A program made the translations under genes and the position numbers. Shown here piece after piece: positions 12,085 through 23,005 of a DNA stretch of 64,000 bases. How positions within the stretch are numbered: the first letter of the stretch is position 1; each line of letters opens with the position of its first letter. The notes beneath the pieces were generated by a model, which was given only the letters and a program-made list of their open reading frames with translations, searched no databases and was not told where the DNA came from. Origin of the DNA: Ginglymostoma cirratum (Eukaryota); NCBI GenBank assembly GCA_024137785.1, contig JAHRHZ010000031.1, positions 17,441,653 through 17,505,652 of the forward strand, given 5' to 3'.

Positions 12085-13460
12085 TATGACAAATCCCCAG
12101 GTGTGGGTGAGCTGTATCCCAGACTGTCGTGGGAGATACGAGAGGAAATTATAAGGGTCCTGACCAAAATTTTTAAAATCATTTCTGGCCACAAAAGAGG
12201 TGCCAGAGAACAGTTAATGTAGTTACACTTTACAAGAAGGCCGATAAGAGATAGACCAGCGAGTCTAACATCGATGTTGGGGAAGTTAATGGAGTAAATA
12301 GTGAAGGACAAAATTATTCTTCATTTAGTGAGGAAAGGTTCGATTAGGAATAGCCCAATGGCTTTATCAGAGAGGCATCATGCCTATCAAATCTGGTGGA
12401 ATTTTGAGGTGGTGACCCAGTGTTGGATGAGGTTAGGGCAGTTGATGTAGTTTACACGGGTTACAGCAAGGATTTTGACAAGGTCCCATATGGGAAATTG
12501 ATAAAGAAGTAAAATCTCGTCAGATCTAGTGTAACCTGGCAAATTGGATCCAAAATTACCTTCGTGACGGGAAACAGGGCAGTAGTAGAAGACTGTTTGT
12601 GACACTGGAGCCTGGTGTGCGGTCGCATACACAGTGATCAGTGGTTGCTCCGTTATTGTTTGTGATATTCATAAATGATGTACGTAAGAATGGTGGGAAT
12701 GATAAGTAAGCTTGTGGATGACACAAAAATTGGCTGGGTGGTTGACAGTGAGGAAAGTGATGTACAGGAAGGTATAAATGGATTGGTTAGATAGGCTGAT
12801 CAGTGGCAAACAGAATTTAACCCTGATAAATGAGGTAACGTACTGTGGAAGAGAAAACAAGTCCAGGGAATGCTCAACGAATGACAGGACACTAGAAAGC
12901 TCAAAAAGAACAAAAGGATCTTGGGGTGCTTGTCTACAAATTCCTGATAGGGTTGTTAAGGCTGCTTATGGGATGCCTGCCTTTGTCAGTCATGGCACTG
13001 ATTATCAGAGCAGGGGGTCATATTGGTCATCGCACTATAGGAAGGATGTGATTGCACTGGAGACGGATTCACAACGATATTGACTGGGATGGAGCATTTC
13101 AGCTACGGAGAGTGGCTGGCTAAGCTGAGGTTGTTTTCTTTGCAACAAAGACGTTTGAAGTCAGACTTGGTAGAGGTGCACAGGGGGCAAATTTTTAAGG
13201 TGACAGGAGAAAGTTTTAAAAAGGACATGAGGAGCAACATTTTAACGCCGAGAGTAGTTCGCTTGTGAAATAAATTGTGAAAGGAAGTGGTGAATGCAGG
13301 CACAGTAACAATGTTTAAAAGACATTTGGATAAGTATACGAGGAGGAAAGGTTTGGAGGGATATGGGCCAAACACACATAAGTGGGACTGGTTTAGTTTG
13401 GGATCACTGTTACTGTGGATTAGTTGGAGCAATGGGTCTGTTTTCATATGATGTATGACT
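12085..13460 (+). mobile_element. CR1 LINE, internally deleted, with 3' end
   Basis: KSPG..LYPRL, FDKVP, DDTKIG, RLKSDLVEV motifs and tail tgtatgactct. Confidence 0.85.
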
Positions 13461-14382
13461 CTACAATTGGTAAATGGCTATTTTTCAGATTGGAGATCGG
13501 AAGAAAATCATGTTCCCAACATATGAATGAATATGTATAAATAACTTGTTTGGAATGGAGGGTAAACCTTAAAATCTGCCAAAGACAGTACACCTGGAGG
13601 TATGGCAAAGTGTTATGAGATCAATCAACTGCAACAGGATCTACAGACAGGCTAACAAAATTAGTACTCAAGTGGAAGATGGAATTTTAGAGGATCAACT
13701 TAAATTATGACACTTGAGTGATTTTTACATACTCTACTGTTTCCACTACTTTTGAAGTGACAGAAGCTAAGAGAATTGCAACAAAACATACCTCAAAGTT
13801 TTAAAAACACAATTCTCAATTTTTAAAACTCCTGATGGGCAAGTTTCAAACAACCTGGCCGTCTGTTTTATTTCAAGAACATAAAGCAAAAATAACTTTT
13901 AAGAATTTTCCAGGTGGTTATCCTGCTATATTATATACCATAGAATATTATTCTTCTCCTAATCAATTCTTTCCCAATTCGACTGGGGGATCTTTTGGCT
14001 CTTGCTACCTTATGCAGATTATTAAGGAATATAGTCAAGGTGTCCTGTAACAATGGCAGCTGTCTATACTTGATGCAGCGTATGAAGTGCACTCATTCAG
14101 GAATGCAATAGTTGAATGCTTTATATTATCCACATATATTGTATAAGCTAAGCACAAACTTTTACCCTTCTCTTCTCTCCCAACACAACTGATTGATCCA
14201 ATGGATCAACCAGGACAGGGAACATGACCAGAAAGGTCATATGTCATTTTCTTCATATAAAGAGTGTTTTCTATAAATTCTAATGACCCATTTTTTCAAG
14301 ACTCCTCTAGAAGTGATGAATGAGTTGGATTTGTCTTTATGGGGTTGTTGATTTGCTCGCCGAGCTGGCTTGTCTTTCTTCA

Positions 14383-14415
14383 GACGTTTCGTCATGTGCT
14401 AGGTGACATCATCAG
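14383..14415 (-). ncRNA. Minimal hammerhead ribozyme motif (inverted copy, sense to scml2 pre-mRNA)
   Basis: CUGAUGA-U-GUCA(CCUAGCACA)UGAC-GAAAC-GUC. Confidence 0.7.
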
Positions 14416-14658
14416 TGGAACCTTCGATGAATCAATATTATTCTCTGCACTTGGAATTTATACTGTCCAGTCCTTTATGGTGAGTACTGTGAATTCCTAG
14501 AGGCATGGTTCTCCACCCATACTTCAATCAACAAACATATAGAATTGGACCCCATATATAAAACCATACAGATCAAAACCGGAAATGATAGTACTCACCA
14601 CAACAGACTGGACAGTATAAATTCCAAGCGGTGTAGAATAACATCGCTTCTTCAGAGG

Positions 14659-14701
14659 TTCCACTGATGATGTCACCTAGCATGGTGACGAAACGTCTGA
14701 A
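14659..14701 (+). ncRNA. Minimal type I hammerhead ribozyme motif
   Basis: CA-CUGAUGA-U-GUCACC(UAGCAU)GGUGAC-GAAAC-GUC-UGAA: intact core, 6-bp stem II, palindromic ACGU in place of stem III. Confidence 0.8.
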
Positions 14702-15534
14702 CAAAAACAAGTCAGCTCGGCGAGCAAGTCAACAACCTCACCCACAACCCAAGCCACAGATCTTTGCCAAAACTTTAAACAACTACAGGCATAACACACT
14801 AAAAACTGCCAGACAACAGGAAACCTTCACCATTTGTTTTTATGCCACACCTGTGAGAGAAGCAGTTTTGCCAGAATTAAGAGATGATGTAATGTAATTT
14901 AAATGAGTGCTTTGCATGTTTTCTTCTTGAACAGAAGCAGGATCCTGGAGTTTACATTTAAAGATGTGGCTCAGACCTTGCTTCCCATTACAGATGCCTG
15001 AATATCAGTTGCTGTAGGGGGCTAACAAAATCACTTGTACTTTTACATATACGCACAATGTGCATTTAGGTAATTCTGACAATTTACAGCTTCAGGTCAG
15101 CTATTTAAATTTAGAGTTCATCTTCTTCTCTACAGTGAATTTTCTCCCTCCCTAATATTTGTATTTGCAGAACGTGTGGACCTTTTACAACTCTAACAGC
15201 AGTTTAGAAAACTACTTTTTGGGAAATTCAACTTGTGCTGGGGACACAATTCCACTACCTTGCATCATTTTGTATATTTAATTTGTTTTATACTGTAGAA
15301 AAACCTGGAATATTTTACTATATAATTTAGGAATAAATTACAACACATAATACATAAATTACATAATATGCAGTTACAGAAATTGCAAAATGGACACTTG
15401 CTATTTGATCCAAACAGATCCAATTTACCTTTCCTTTGTGCACTTATTTGATTCCTACTTCACTAAGATTGTCCTTATACAAAAAGCTGCAAGACTTTTA
15501 TTAAAAAGGCATGCTACAGGAGCAAAAGACTTAC

Positions 15535-15813
15535 CTTCTATTCTCCTTTGCATGCGGGTTCTGTTAATATCATAGTAACTATTACTTGCTGCTGAATTTG
15601 AAGTCTGCCTTCTCAAAGTAGGTGCAGAGTTTGAGGTACAGCCTGATGATACAACAGAACTTCTGAAAACAAATTTATTTCCTGAGTTACGATATTCATT
15701 GGAATTCCGTTGAGGAGGACTAGGTGGTTTACAAGAATTTAAGGCGGAATCCAAGGACTCTGAATATTTGTGCTCCTTTGGTGTAACATTCTCTTCTGCA
15801 GGCAATGTTTCTG
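15535..15813 (-). CDS. scml2: SCML2-like exon, Ser/Pro-rich linker (AETLPAEENVTPKEHKYSESLDSALNSCKPPSPPQRN...RMQRRIE)
   Basis: 279 nt, phase 1 to 1; tandem acceptor ttcag|cag|, donor GAAG|gtaagt; within ORF 15455..15823. Confidence 0.87.
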
Positions 15814-16179
15814 CTGAAGGCAAAATTAAAAAAAGATTCTATTAAAAACATTTAAATTAGAACTTTGTTCCATTAAATCATTTTCTCTCACAGAAGACAA
15901 ATGCTACACAAAAAGCTGCGCACAACCTTCATTTTTGATTGGATTTTTCACACAATGTGGGATTAGTCCTTTTGTTGATTCATCAAAAATGAAGATCACA
16001 CAACTACATAGCAGTTTTCAAATAATTTACTTGCACATTATCCCACTTCAAATAGTGGGAGTGCGTGGGAGGTGAGAGTGGGGGGAAGAGAGGGGAGGGG
16101 AAGGTGTGCTACTGCTGACCATCATTGCTCCTGAATTTCTACAATAATGCAATGGCCTATCAGACAAACCTGTGGGCTT

Positions 16180-16620
16180 TGACGATGAGGAACGTGCATT
16201 TTGCCCATACCTCTCAAGGAGGTGGTTGTCTGTTGCCTTTTAAATTGCTGCAGTCCCTGTGATGTAGGTAGACTTATGGTATTGTTATTAAAGAAACTCC
16301 AGAATGTTGATGCTGGAAGAGTGAAGGACTGATGAAATAGTTCCTAGTTAGTGTGGTGCATGACATAAAACGGAACTTGAAGGGTGGTGTATTTCCATGT
16401 GACAACTGGCCTTATTCTTCTAGATGGTGGATGTTATGGATTCAGAAAGTAGAGTTCAAGGAGGTTTGGTGAGTTGATGATGGTGCATGTTGTGCATGGT
16501 ACCCACTTCTGTTCTCTTCCGTGTTGGTGAATGAGGAACTGAATGTTTGAAGTTGGTGAATGCATGCTACTTTGGCTTGAATGGTGCTGGGTTTCATTGG
16601 AACTGCACTCATAACAGTAG
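16180..16620 (-). mobile_element. Second LINE family fragment, older copy
   Basis: Similar to 10600-10880 (gaacttgaagggtggtg...ttctagatggt...gatggtgcatgttgtgc). Confidence 0.55.
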
Positions 16621-17196
16621 ATCATAAGAAAGAAAAGCAGGAATAGACCATATGGTTCCTTAAGCATGATCAGCATTCGATACTACTTTCTGGTCCACTC
16701 CCTACATCGTCAATTCCAACAGATTATCGAGAGAAAAGGGCTGCCCACTTGTGAAGAAAGCTGCCGAAACGCTTTCCTGTTTCTTTTCCAAGAGCAAAAC
16801 AACTGAGTCAAACTCCAACACCCAAGTACTGGTGCAAAGTGAGGGATTTCCAGATATCACAAACCTGTCCCTGCCACTTGTCGCTGATTGCTACAGAGCT
16901 GGTGTTGCGTGTGGGGGAAGGTCATCTTTTAGGTAGATGCCTTGTGCAAGGCATCTTTTAACCTGAGAAAGCTGTTGCACAACAGTAGACATGTTGTCCT
17001 TGACAGAAGCTGGATTGAGTTCCTGTGGCAAGGAAACCTTGGGTAAGAATCTCCCCACTGCTGCAGCCTTCATTTACCATTGCAGTCGTTGATATCACAT
17101 GAACACTTACAACTGGATCGCCATTGAGGACCTGTTTCAGATTGCGCTTTGTCTGCTTCCTTTCTTGTCGCCAATAATGGGTGGCACTACCAGGTG

Positions 17197-17330
17197 TTCT
17201 GACGAAGGGTCACTGGAACCGAATGTTAACTCTGCTTTTTTCCCCCACAGATGTTGCCAGACCTGCTGAGTTTTTCCAACAATTTCTGTTTGTATTTCTG
17301 ATTTCCAGCACCTGCAGTTCTTGTGTTTTA
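17197..17330 (+). mobile_element. Penelope pLTR-derived solo unit with degenerate hammerhead
   Basis: ttCTGACGAagggtcactggaaccGAAtgtta...gccagacctgctgag...ttccagcacctgcagttc. Confidence 0.75.
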
Positions 17331-17502
17331 TTTGTTTATTCCAAACATAATATTAGTTTGTAAACAATTGCATTGTAAATTGCTATTTACTTATCAGATG
17401 AAAAACAAATCGGGGTTAATAATAGTTAATCATTGCTAGCCAGATGCAATGGGTTTCACAATGCCATTGGAAAGAGGACAGTGGAAGTCATTTGAGAGCA
17501 GT

Positions 17503-17707
17503 GATAACAAGGTGTAGAGCTGGATGAGCACAGCAGGCCAAGCAGCATCAGAGGAGCAGGAAAGCTGACGTTTCGGGTCTAGACCCTTCTTCAGAAAAAC
17601 TTCAGAAAATTTTTTCTGAACAAGGGTCTAGACCCGAAACGTCAGCTTTCCTGCTCCTCTGATGCTGCTTGGCCTGTTGTGTTCATCCAGCTCTACACCT
17701 CGTTATC
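17503..17707. mobile_element. Palindromic (fold-back) Penelope pLTR element with 15-bp TSD
   Basis: Two ~95-bp inverted arms nearly identical to the terminus of the Penelope at 52310; flanked by tcatttgagagcagt at 17488-17502 and 17708-17722. Confidence 0.9.
17567..17594 (-). ncRNA. Minimal hammerhead ribozyme motif
   Basis: CUGAAGA-A-GGGUC(UA)GACCC-GAAAC-GUC; the plus-strand mirror copy at 17616-17643 has a core mutation (CUGAACA). Confidence 0.72.
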
Positions 17708-18343
17708 TCATTTGAGAGCAGTTTACAGATTTCCCTACAAATCAATGAACATCACAGACAAACATCTGAATGGCTATCAGAAAATTAAAAGGCTTACATA
17801 TGACATGTTTTTGTGTAAACCTGTTCAACTGTTAACCAGATATTCAAACTTTGTTTTAAACATTATCAGCTTTTGTGGAGATCATGACAGACAGATTTTT
17901 CACTATTGTACTTGGAAAGAAGGTATAGTAATAGAGCAGAAAAGGTCAGTTTGGGCTCTGGGCACCGGGCACCAGAATGAACTTGATTTCCTATGACATA
18001 ATTTTCTACAGATGTCACTCCATTTCTCTTCTTAAAAGTAGGTACTATACATGAAGTACCTACGTTACTATACAAGCTATACATGAAAAGCAGTATCTTT
18101 TCCAGAAAATAAATGGGCAATACATATCAATAATTCTAGTTAGGTGCAGCTTGCACCCAAAAGACTTCTTCAAACACAAGCTGCAAACTACAGTAAGTCT
18201 TCAGTTTTATTGTCAATTCTTTTCAGAGCTTTGGGATGCTGAATCAATGCAATACTCATTACATCAAACGATCAATTAAGTATGTGTATACACATGCACA
18301 CACAAAAGAGGGGCATTTCAGATTCAACTTTCAGAGTCAAGAA

Positions 18344-18525
18344 TCCAAAGATGTGCAGGCTAGGTGGATTGGCCACGCTAAAGTGCCCACAGTGTCCAGG
18401 AAAGTGCAAGGTAGGTGGATTGGCCATGGGTACATGCAGGGTTACAGGGACAGGGTAGGGAGTGTGGGATGGTCTTCGGAAGGCCGTGTGGAGTCGATGG
18501 CCTGCTTCCACATTGTTGGAATCAG
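18344..18525 (+). mobile_element. HE1-type SINE, 3' half
   Basis: tccaaagatgtgcaggctaggtggattggccacgctaaa core (duplicated) and HE1-like tail. Confidence 0.75.
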
Positions 18526-19400
18526 ATGACTTCCACGATGATTTCTAATCTTGTGTTTGCAATGCTGATTCAAGGGCAAAGGAACAAATGTTGAGACAAC
18601 CTGATAAGTGAAACTGTTGTCAACTTGAAAATACTAAACTGGACAAAGGCAAATTACACATGAACACAAAATATTTTTAAACCATATTCTCCCCTAACTT
18701 AAGTCATTAGTTTTCTAGTTCATCAACCAAAACAGCTATTCAGGAACAGAAAAAAAAAAAGAGGAGGCCGCCGATGGAATTGCTTTGCCATTCAACATAA
18801 TCACAGGGGATCCTCTATTTCAATGCAATATTCGCTCTCCCTTCCCACACCCTTTGGCAACTTTATGCTGTTTATTTTTTAAAATAGATTTAAGGATTTG
18901 TCCTCCAGAGTCTACAGGCTCGCTACTCTCCATGCGCAGAATGTTTCTCATCTTAATCCTACTCCATGTTTTGAACTGTGAAACACTGCTCAGTTGCAAT
19001 ACACTTAAATGACATGCACAACAGATTATGACAAGCAATGAGATCAGTGGAGTTATACACCGCTTTTAGCCATTCTTCTCCCCATCCTGATCTCTGTCCA
19101 ATATTTATAAATAGTTTCATAATCAGGGAAAACAATGATGCATATCATTGACAATGTCACTGATTAGATAAAATCACAAGGGGAATTCCGTGACTTAAAT
19201 CACTATTTTATTTCTCTTAAAATTCATGTATAATTCCACGAGTGAACAAGCCTTGTTACCGTGTTTAGCAGAAACAATACAGAAGAAAAAACTGCATGAT
19301 TTACACGAGGTAAATGCATTTTGCCAATTTACTCTGACATTTTCTTACTAAATGCTCAAAGGATCAAATAATGGGTCACCTTTAATGAGCTATACAGTAC

Positions 19401-19526
19401 CTTCTGAAGGATGAGACTCTGTTCTTGGAAGTTTTGGAGAGAGGGGTGCACTGTAAGGAGGAGATTCTTGAGGAAACCGTTTTAATCCCCTGGTTACCAT
19501 GGCCGGATCTAATGTTTCTTCTTTGG
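19401..19526 (-). CDS. scml2: SCML2-like exon (AKEETLDPAMVTRGLKRFPQESPPYSAPLSPKLPRTESHPSE)
   Basis: 126 nt, phase 1 to 1, hand-translated (this frame is absent from the ORF track); acceptor cttttag|CC, donor GAAG|gtactg; resembles the human SCML2 AKE...PLSPKLP..E..SE segment. Confidence 0.88.
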
Positions 19527-20037
19527 CTAAAAGGGTTGCATTGGTTGACATAAGTACATTGCAGCAGTAACATCATAACATTTAAACAGAAAACTAAAAT
19601 CTTAGGCATTCAACTGGCTAACAAAGAATGTAGAATAATTACCAACTTGATAATTTATTTATTTTTGCTTCAGAATTAAGGACTACATTTTTGAAAACAT
19701 AAACTGAACTAATCATTCTACTGAATGTACAAATGCTTTATTTAAAATATTATCTATAATACCTTACATACAAATACAGAATCTAAGAATATAAATTCCA
19801 TGGTATACTTTCCAGACTTACTTGACAACACAGCTTGCCTCAGAGTTGGAAACATTACAAAGCAGGATATTAGGAAAATCAGACAGAGGTGGGTGCGGCA
19901 TTCTATTCAACAGTTATTGTTTCTCCAATATGCATTTGTCAAATTTACTCTCCAACCGTAGCTGGTTCAGACTCTCAAAAAAAAACTATGCTTATATGTG
20001 AAAGTATTGTTCACCTGTCAGTAGACAGGCAAACGTA

Positions 20038-20130
20038 GAGTCATCTAGACTCGAAATGTTAGCTAGCTCTCTCTCCATGGATGCTGTCTGACCTGCTGTG
20101 ATCTCCAGCATTTACTGTTTTCAGTACAGA
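20038..20130 (+). mobile_element. Penelope pLTR-derived fragment
   Basis: gagtcatctagactc-GAAATGTTA...gatgctgtctgacctgctgtg; begins at hammerhead stem II. Confidence 0.6.
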
Positions 20131-22239
20131 AAATACTCTTACTTCAAACTTTCAAGGTGAGCTTGGGGAAAAAATTAAGCTTATGCACCAAAAGTACTGT
20201 TCACACTTAGTTTCCACAAAAATAAACAGAATCCCTCTGTAATACATGCAAATACCACATCAGTGACTAAGGAAAGTTGAAAGTGGCAAACCTTTTTCGG
20301 TAGTGCACTGTCATTTTTTTGACACGTACAAATACATATTTGCACATTGCATTCAAGTTCCATACAGACATTGTTTTGCAAACTTGAATTCTAATCCATT
20401 TAATAATGATATTTGCAATGAGAAAAGATTCAACCTCCTAATTATTTTTCCTTACTTCACAAATCTGAAGATAAAATTTATTAAATCGGTGTTTAGGGAG
20501 TGTAATCATTAACTTCGGGCAAAACCAAGCAACAATGGGAGCCATGAGACCTATTCTGAATTCTGCTGACAGTAAACCTAAGTACAGGGATCCACATGAT
20601 CCACTAGCTCAATATACAATCTTATTGTATTCGTGAACAATTTACAGTGTTCGTTCAGCTGCTTTGCACTTATGTTATTTTAGCATGTTGCCAAAAATTC
20701 TTTCATTACTTCTCACGGGAAAGAAAGCCGTGCTTTTGGTTCTTTTGCTATTGTCAGGTTTTTCTGAAACATATCTCCTACAAGTAGCAAGGATTCCCTG
20801 TAGTTTCACTTTTAAAGACTGAAGAACTCAGGTTGCTTTACTGAGGACATGTGTGGACAATGACTGAGGCATATATACTGACAGCAGATAGACTATTTGT
20901 CTGTAAAGTCACAAGAAGGTGGTAAGAATGTCAAGTTTTGCAAATGGTTACAATTTAAGTGTGTACTTAAAGGAAAATTAGTTAGAAGTCTAAAGAACAG
21001 CCAATTAGCATTTCCAGATCCAGGGAAAGCCATTTTTAGGATTTGATTACAGGCTTTCCAAACAGGGAGACAGAATGGGGGAGTGGGTGGAAGGATGGAT
21101 GCGCAGTCTCTCTGTTTTGTCACACACAAATGTGGACAGGAGCTCTTCCTCAGACTGAAAAGACCAAATTCCTGAGGATTTAGAAGATGACTGGAGTCTC
21201 ATCTTGAATTAGAGGGGGCATGCCTAGGAAAAATGTTGTCTACTGTTAAAATTACTCCCAACATATTAAATCGTCTTGTGTCAACCTTTCAGCTAATCAC
21301 TGGAAGCTTGAATTTCTTAAGTTTTTGGCATCTATGTACAGTCCAATATTCTTCAAAAGGCAACTTAAACAGGATTTCCTTGCCTGATGCTCTTGTCCAC
21401 GATTGCAGCATGAATGATTATTTTCAGTTTATTTTTCATCATAACTGAGCTTTCAGCATCAATTGCTGAAGTCAAGTGAACCATTCCAGCTTGTTTATTA
21501 AGTCATTCAACACAGGTAATGTACGACACTAATGCTTTGTGTACACTGGTTTCATTTCTGATCTGATGGGTCATTTCAAGGGGTGAAAGGTGGACAATTG
21601 GTGGGACTACACTAATTATGGTAAGATAAAAATTCAAGGCATAATTTTCCCCTTGTAAAAAATGTAACGAATGAGGATATAAGGCAGCTGGACCTATCAT
21701 GTGTCAACACCCTAACAGCTGACAGCTGAGTGTGGATGAGTTTGTTGGCTATTGCAGGACTTGACACTGGGCTCCAGAAGTTGCTGGCTAACTGACTTGT
21801 AACAACACGCGGGTCCTAAAGATCCATCAAGACCTACTTCTTGGAAGACCCAATTATGAGGTGGTCTTTTACCATCTTTCTGGGGTTATGAGGAGATTAA
21901 AGGAAAGGGCAGAATACAAGACTTTCAGAGGCCAAGCCCTTGCTTTTCATCCATACCTCCAACTGTCCCCAGACAGGAGTAATCGGAAGTCCCATCACCA
22001 ACCTAGTAGAGTCACTGTGGTTTTGAAAACTAGTCAACTTTATAGCCCTCCAGGAAGACAGTTAATTGGGCAGGTTGCATGTTTAGCTTAAGTGTTTATT
22101 AATTGATCACAAAGACCGAGCTGATGGCAGGTCAAGAAAGTTGCCCATGGATATTACTACCCAGTACTGGTGAAGTGAAGAATGAGGGTTAGCATCTCTG
22201 TATGGACAACTTCCCCAATCATTCTTCCACATTAGGAGG

Positions 22240-23005
22240 GGAAAATCATGCTCTGCATACAAATTCTCTTGGATATTAAGACTCCTTTAATCTTAAGATA
22301 AGTACTGCTGAAAAGTAGTACACATTTTGATGAAATCGCATGTCTTGGACTCATCAAGACAATTCTCAAGAATACCAATTTAAGGGGAAAACCAATATTT
22401 ATGTGCACAAGAGTGCAATGATTAGTTGACAAGTTAGCTGATTGGTTGAGAAGTTCACTGATTGGCAGACATTACATGGAAAGTGCCTCCACCAGTGCTG
22501 ACTGACAGTTAACTGGCATACTTTGCTCAAATTCAGAACCAGGTAGGTTAATTCTGACTGGTCAAGACATTGCTCTGAGAAACTAACCACTGAATGGCCA
22601 TCACCTATCTGCTGAGCTTTTTTCCTTCTGCTCAGAATAGGTCACTGTGTATTAATATCTGTAGCTTCCAGTACAGATAGGTGTGCTACAATGACAACCA
22701 AACAGACAATCTTAAATTAGCTATCAGGGTAATCTTTGGCATACACAGGATAATCCAGCAAATATTATCCAATTGCAGAATCCGATTTAATGTTGGGCAC
22801 TTCAGCGAGGCTACCTATTCGTTGTAAGCAGAAAGAACGTGTACATGTACTGCACCTGCCTTAGCCCAGCATAAAGGGTGTCAACTATTTGCTAGTTAAT
22901 TTCTCACGGCAATGTCCTGACCAATCAGAATGAGCCTGCCTGATTTAAAACTTAAAGCCTGTCAATCAGCATTAATGAGTATGTTTTTCAACACCTCTAC
23001 CAATC
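22240..23005 (-). mobile_element. Old Penelope-like element of a third family, with inverted 5' copy
   Basis: Minus strand ~22785-22615 translates DSAIG*YLLDYPVYAKDYPDS*FKIV...HLSVLEATDINTQ*PILSR (decayed GIY-YIG C-terminus); inverted repeat ~22540-22590 / ~22894-22942; plus-strand EATY..CKQKERVHVLHL. Confidence 0.65.

Larger units (their letters stand above)
14341..14780 (+). mobile_element. 5'-truncated Penelope-like element (Poseidon-like) with inverted 5' pLTR
   Basis: ~150-bp inverted arms (14341-14488 / ~14590-14739) around EFLEAWFSTHTSINKHIELDPIY, a GIY-YIG C-terminus starting at 14491; TATA-like gtataaat in the arm. Confidence 0.85.

Noticed and set aside
17503-17707. Interpretation as a pre-miRNA or DNA-transposon MITE
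   Set aside because: The arms match a Penelope retroelement terminus elsewhere in the window; the TSD is 15 bp and there is no transposase-type TIR signature.
18344-18430. Direct repeat of gtgca.g.taggtggattggcca
   Set aside because: Internal duplication within an HE1 SINE; not a CRISPR-like or regulatory array.
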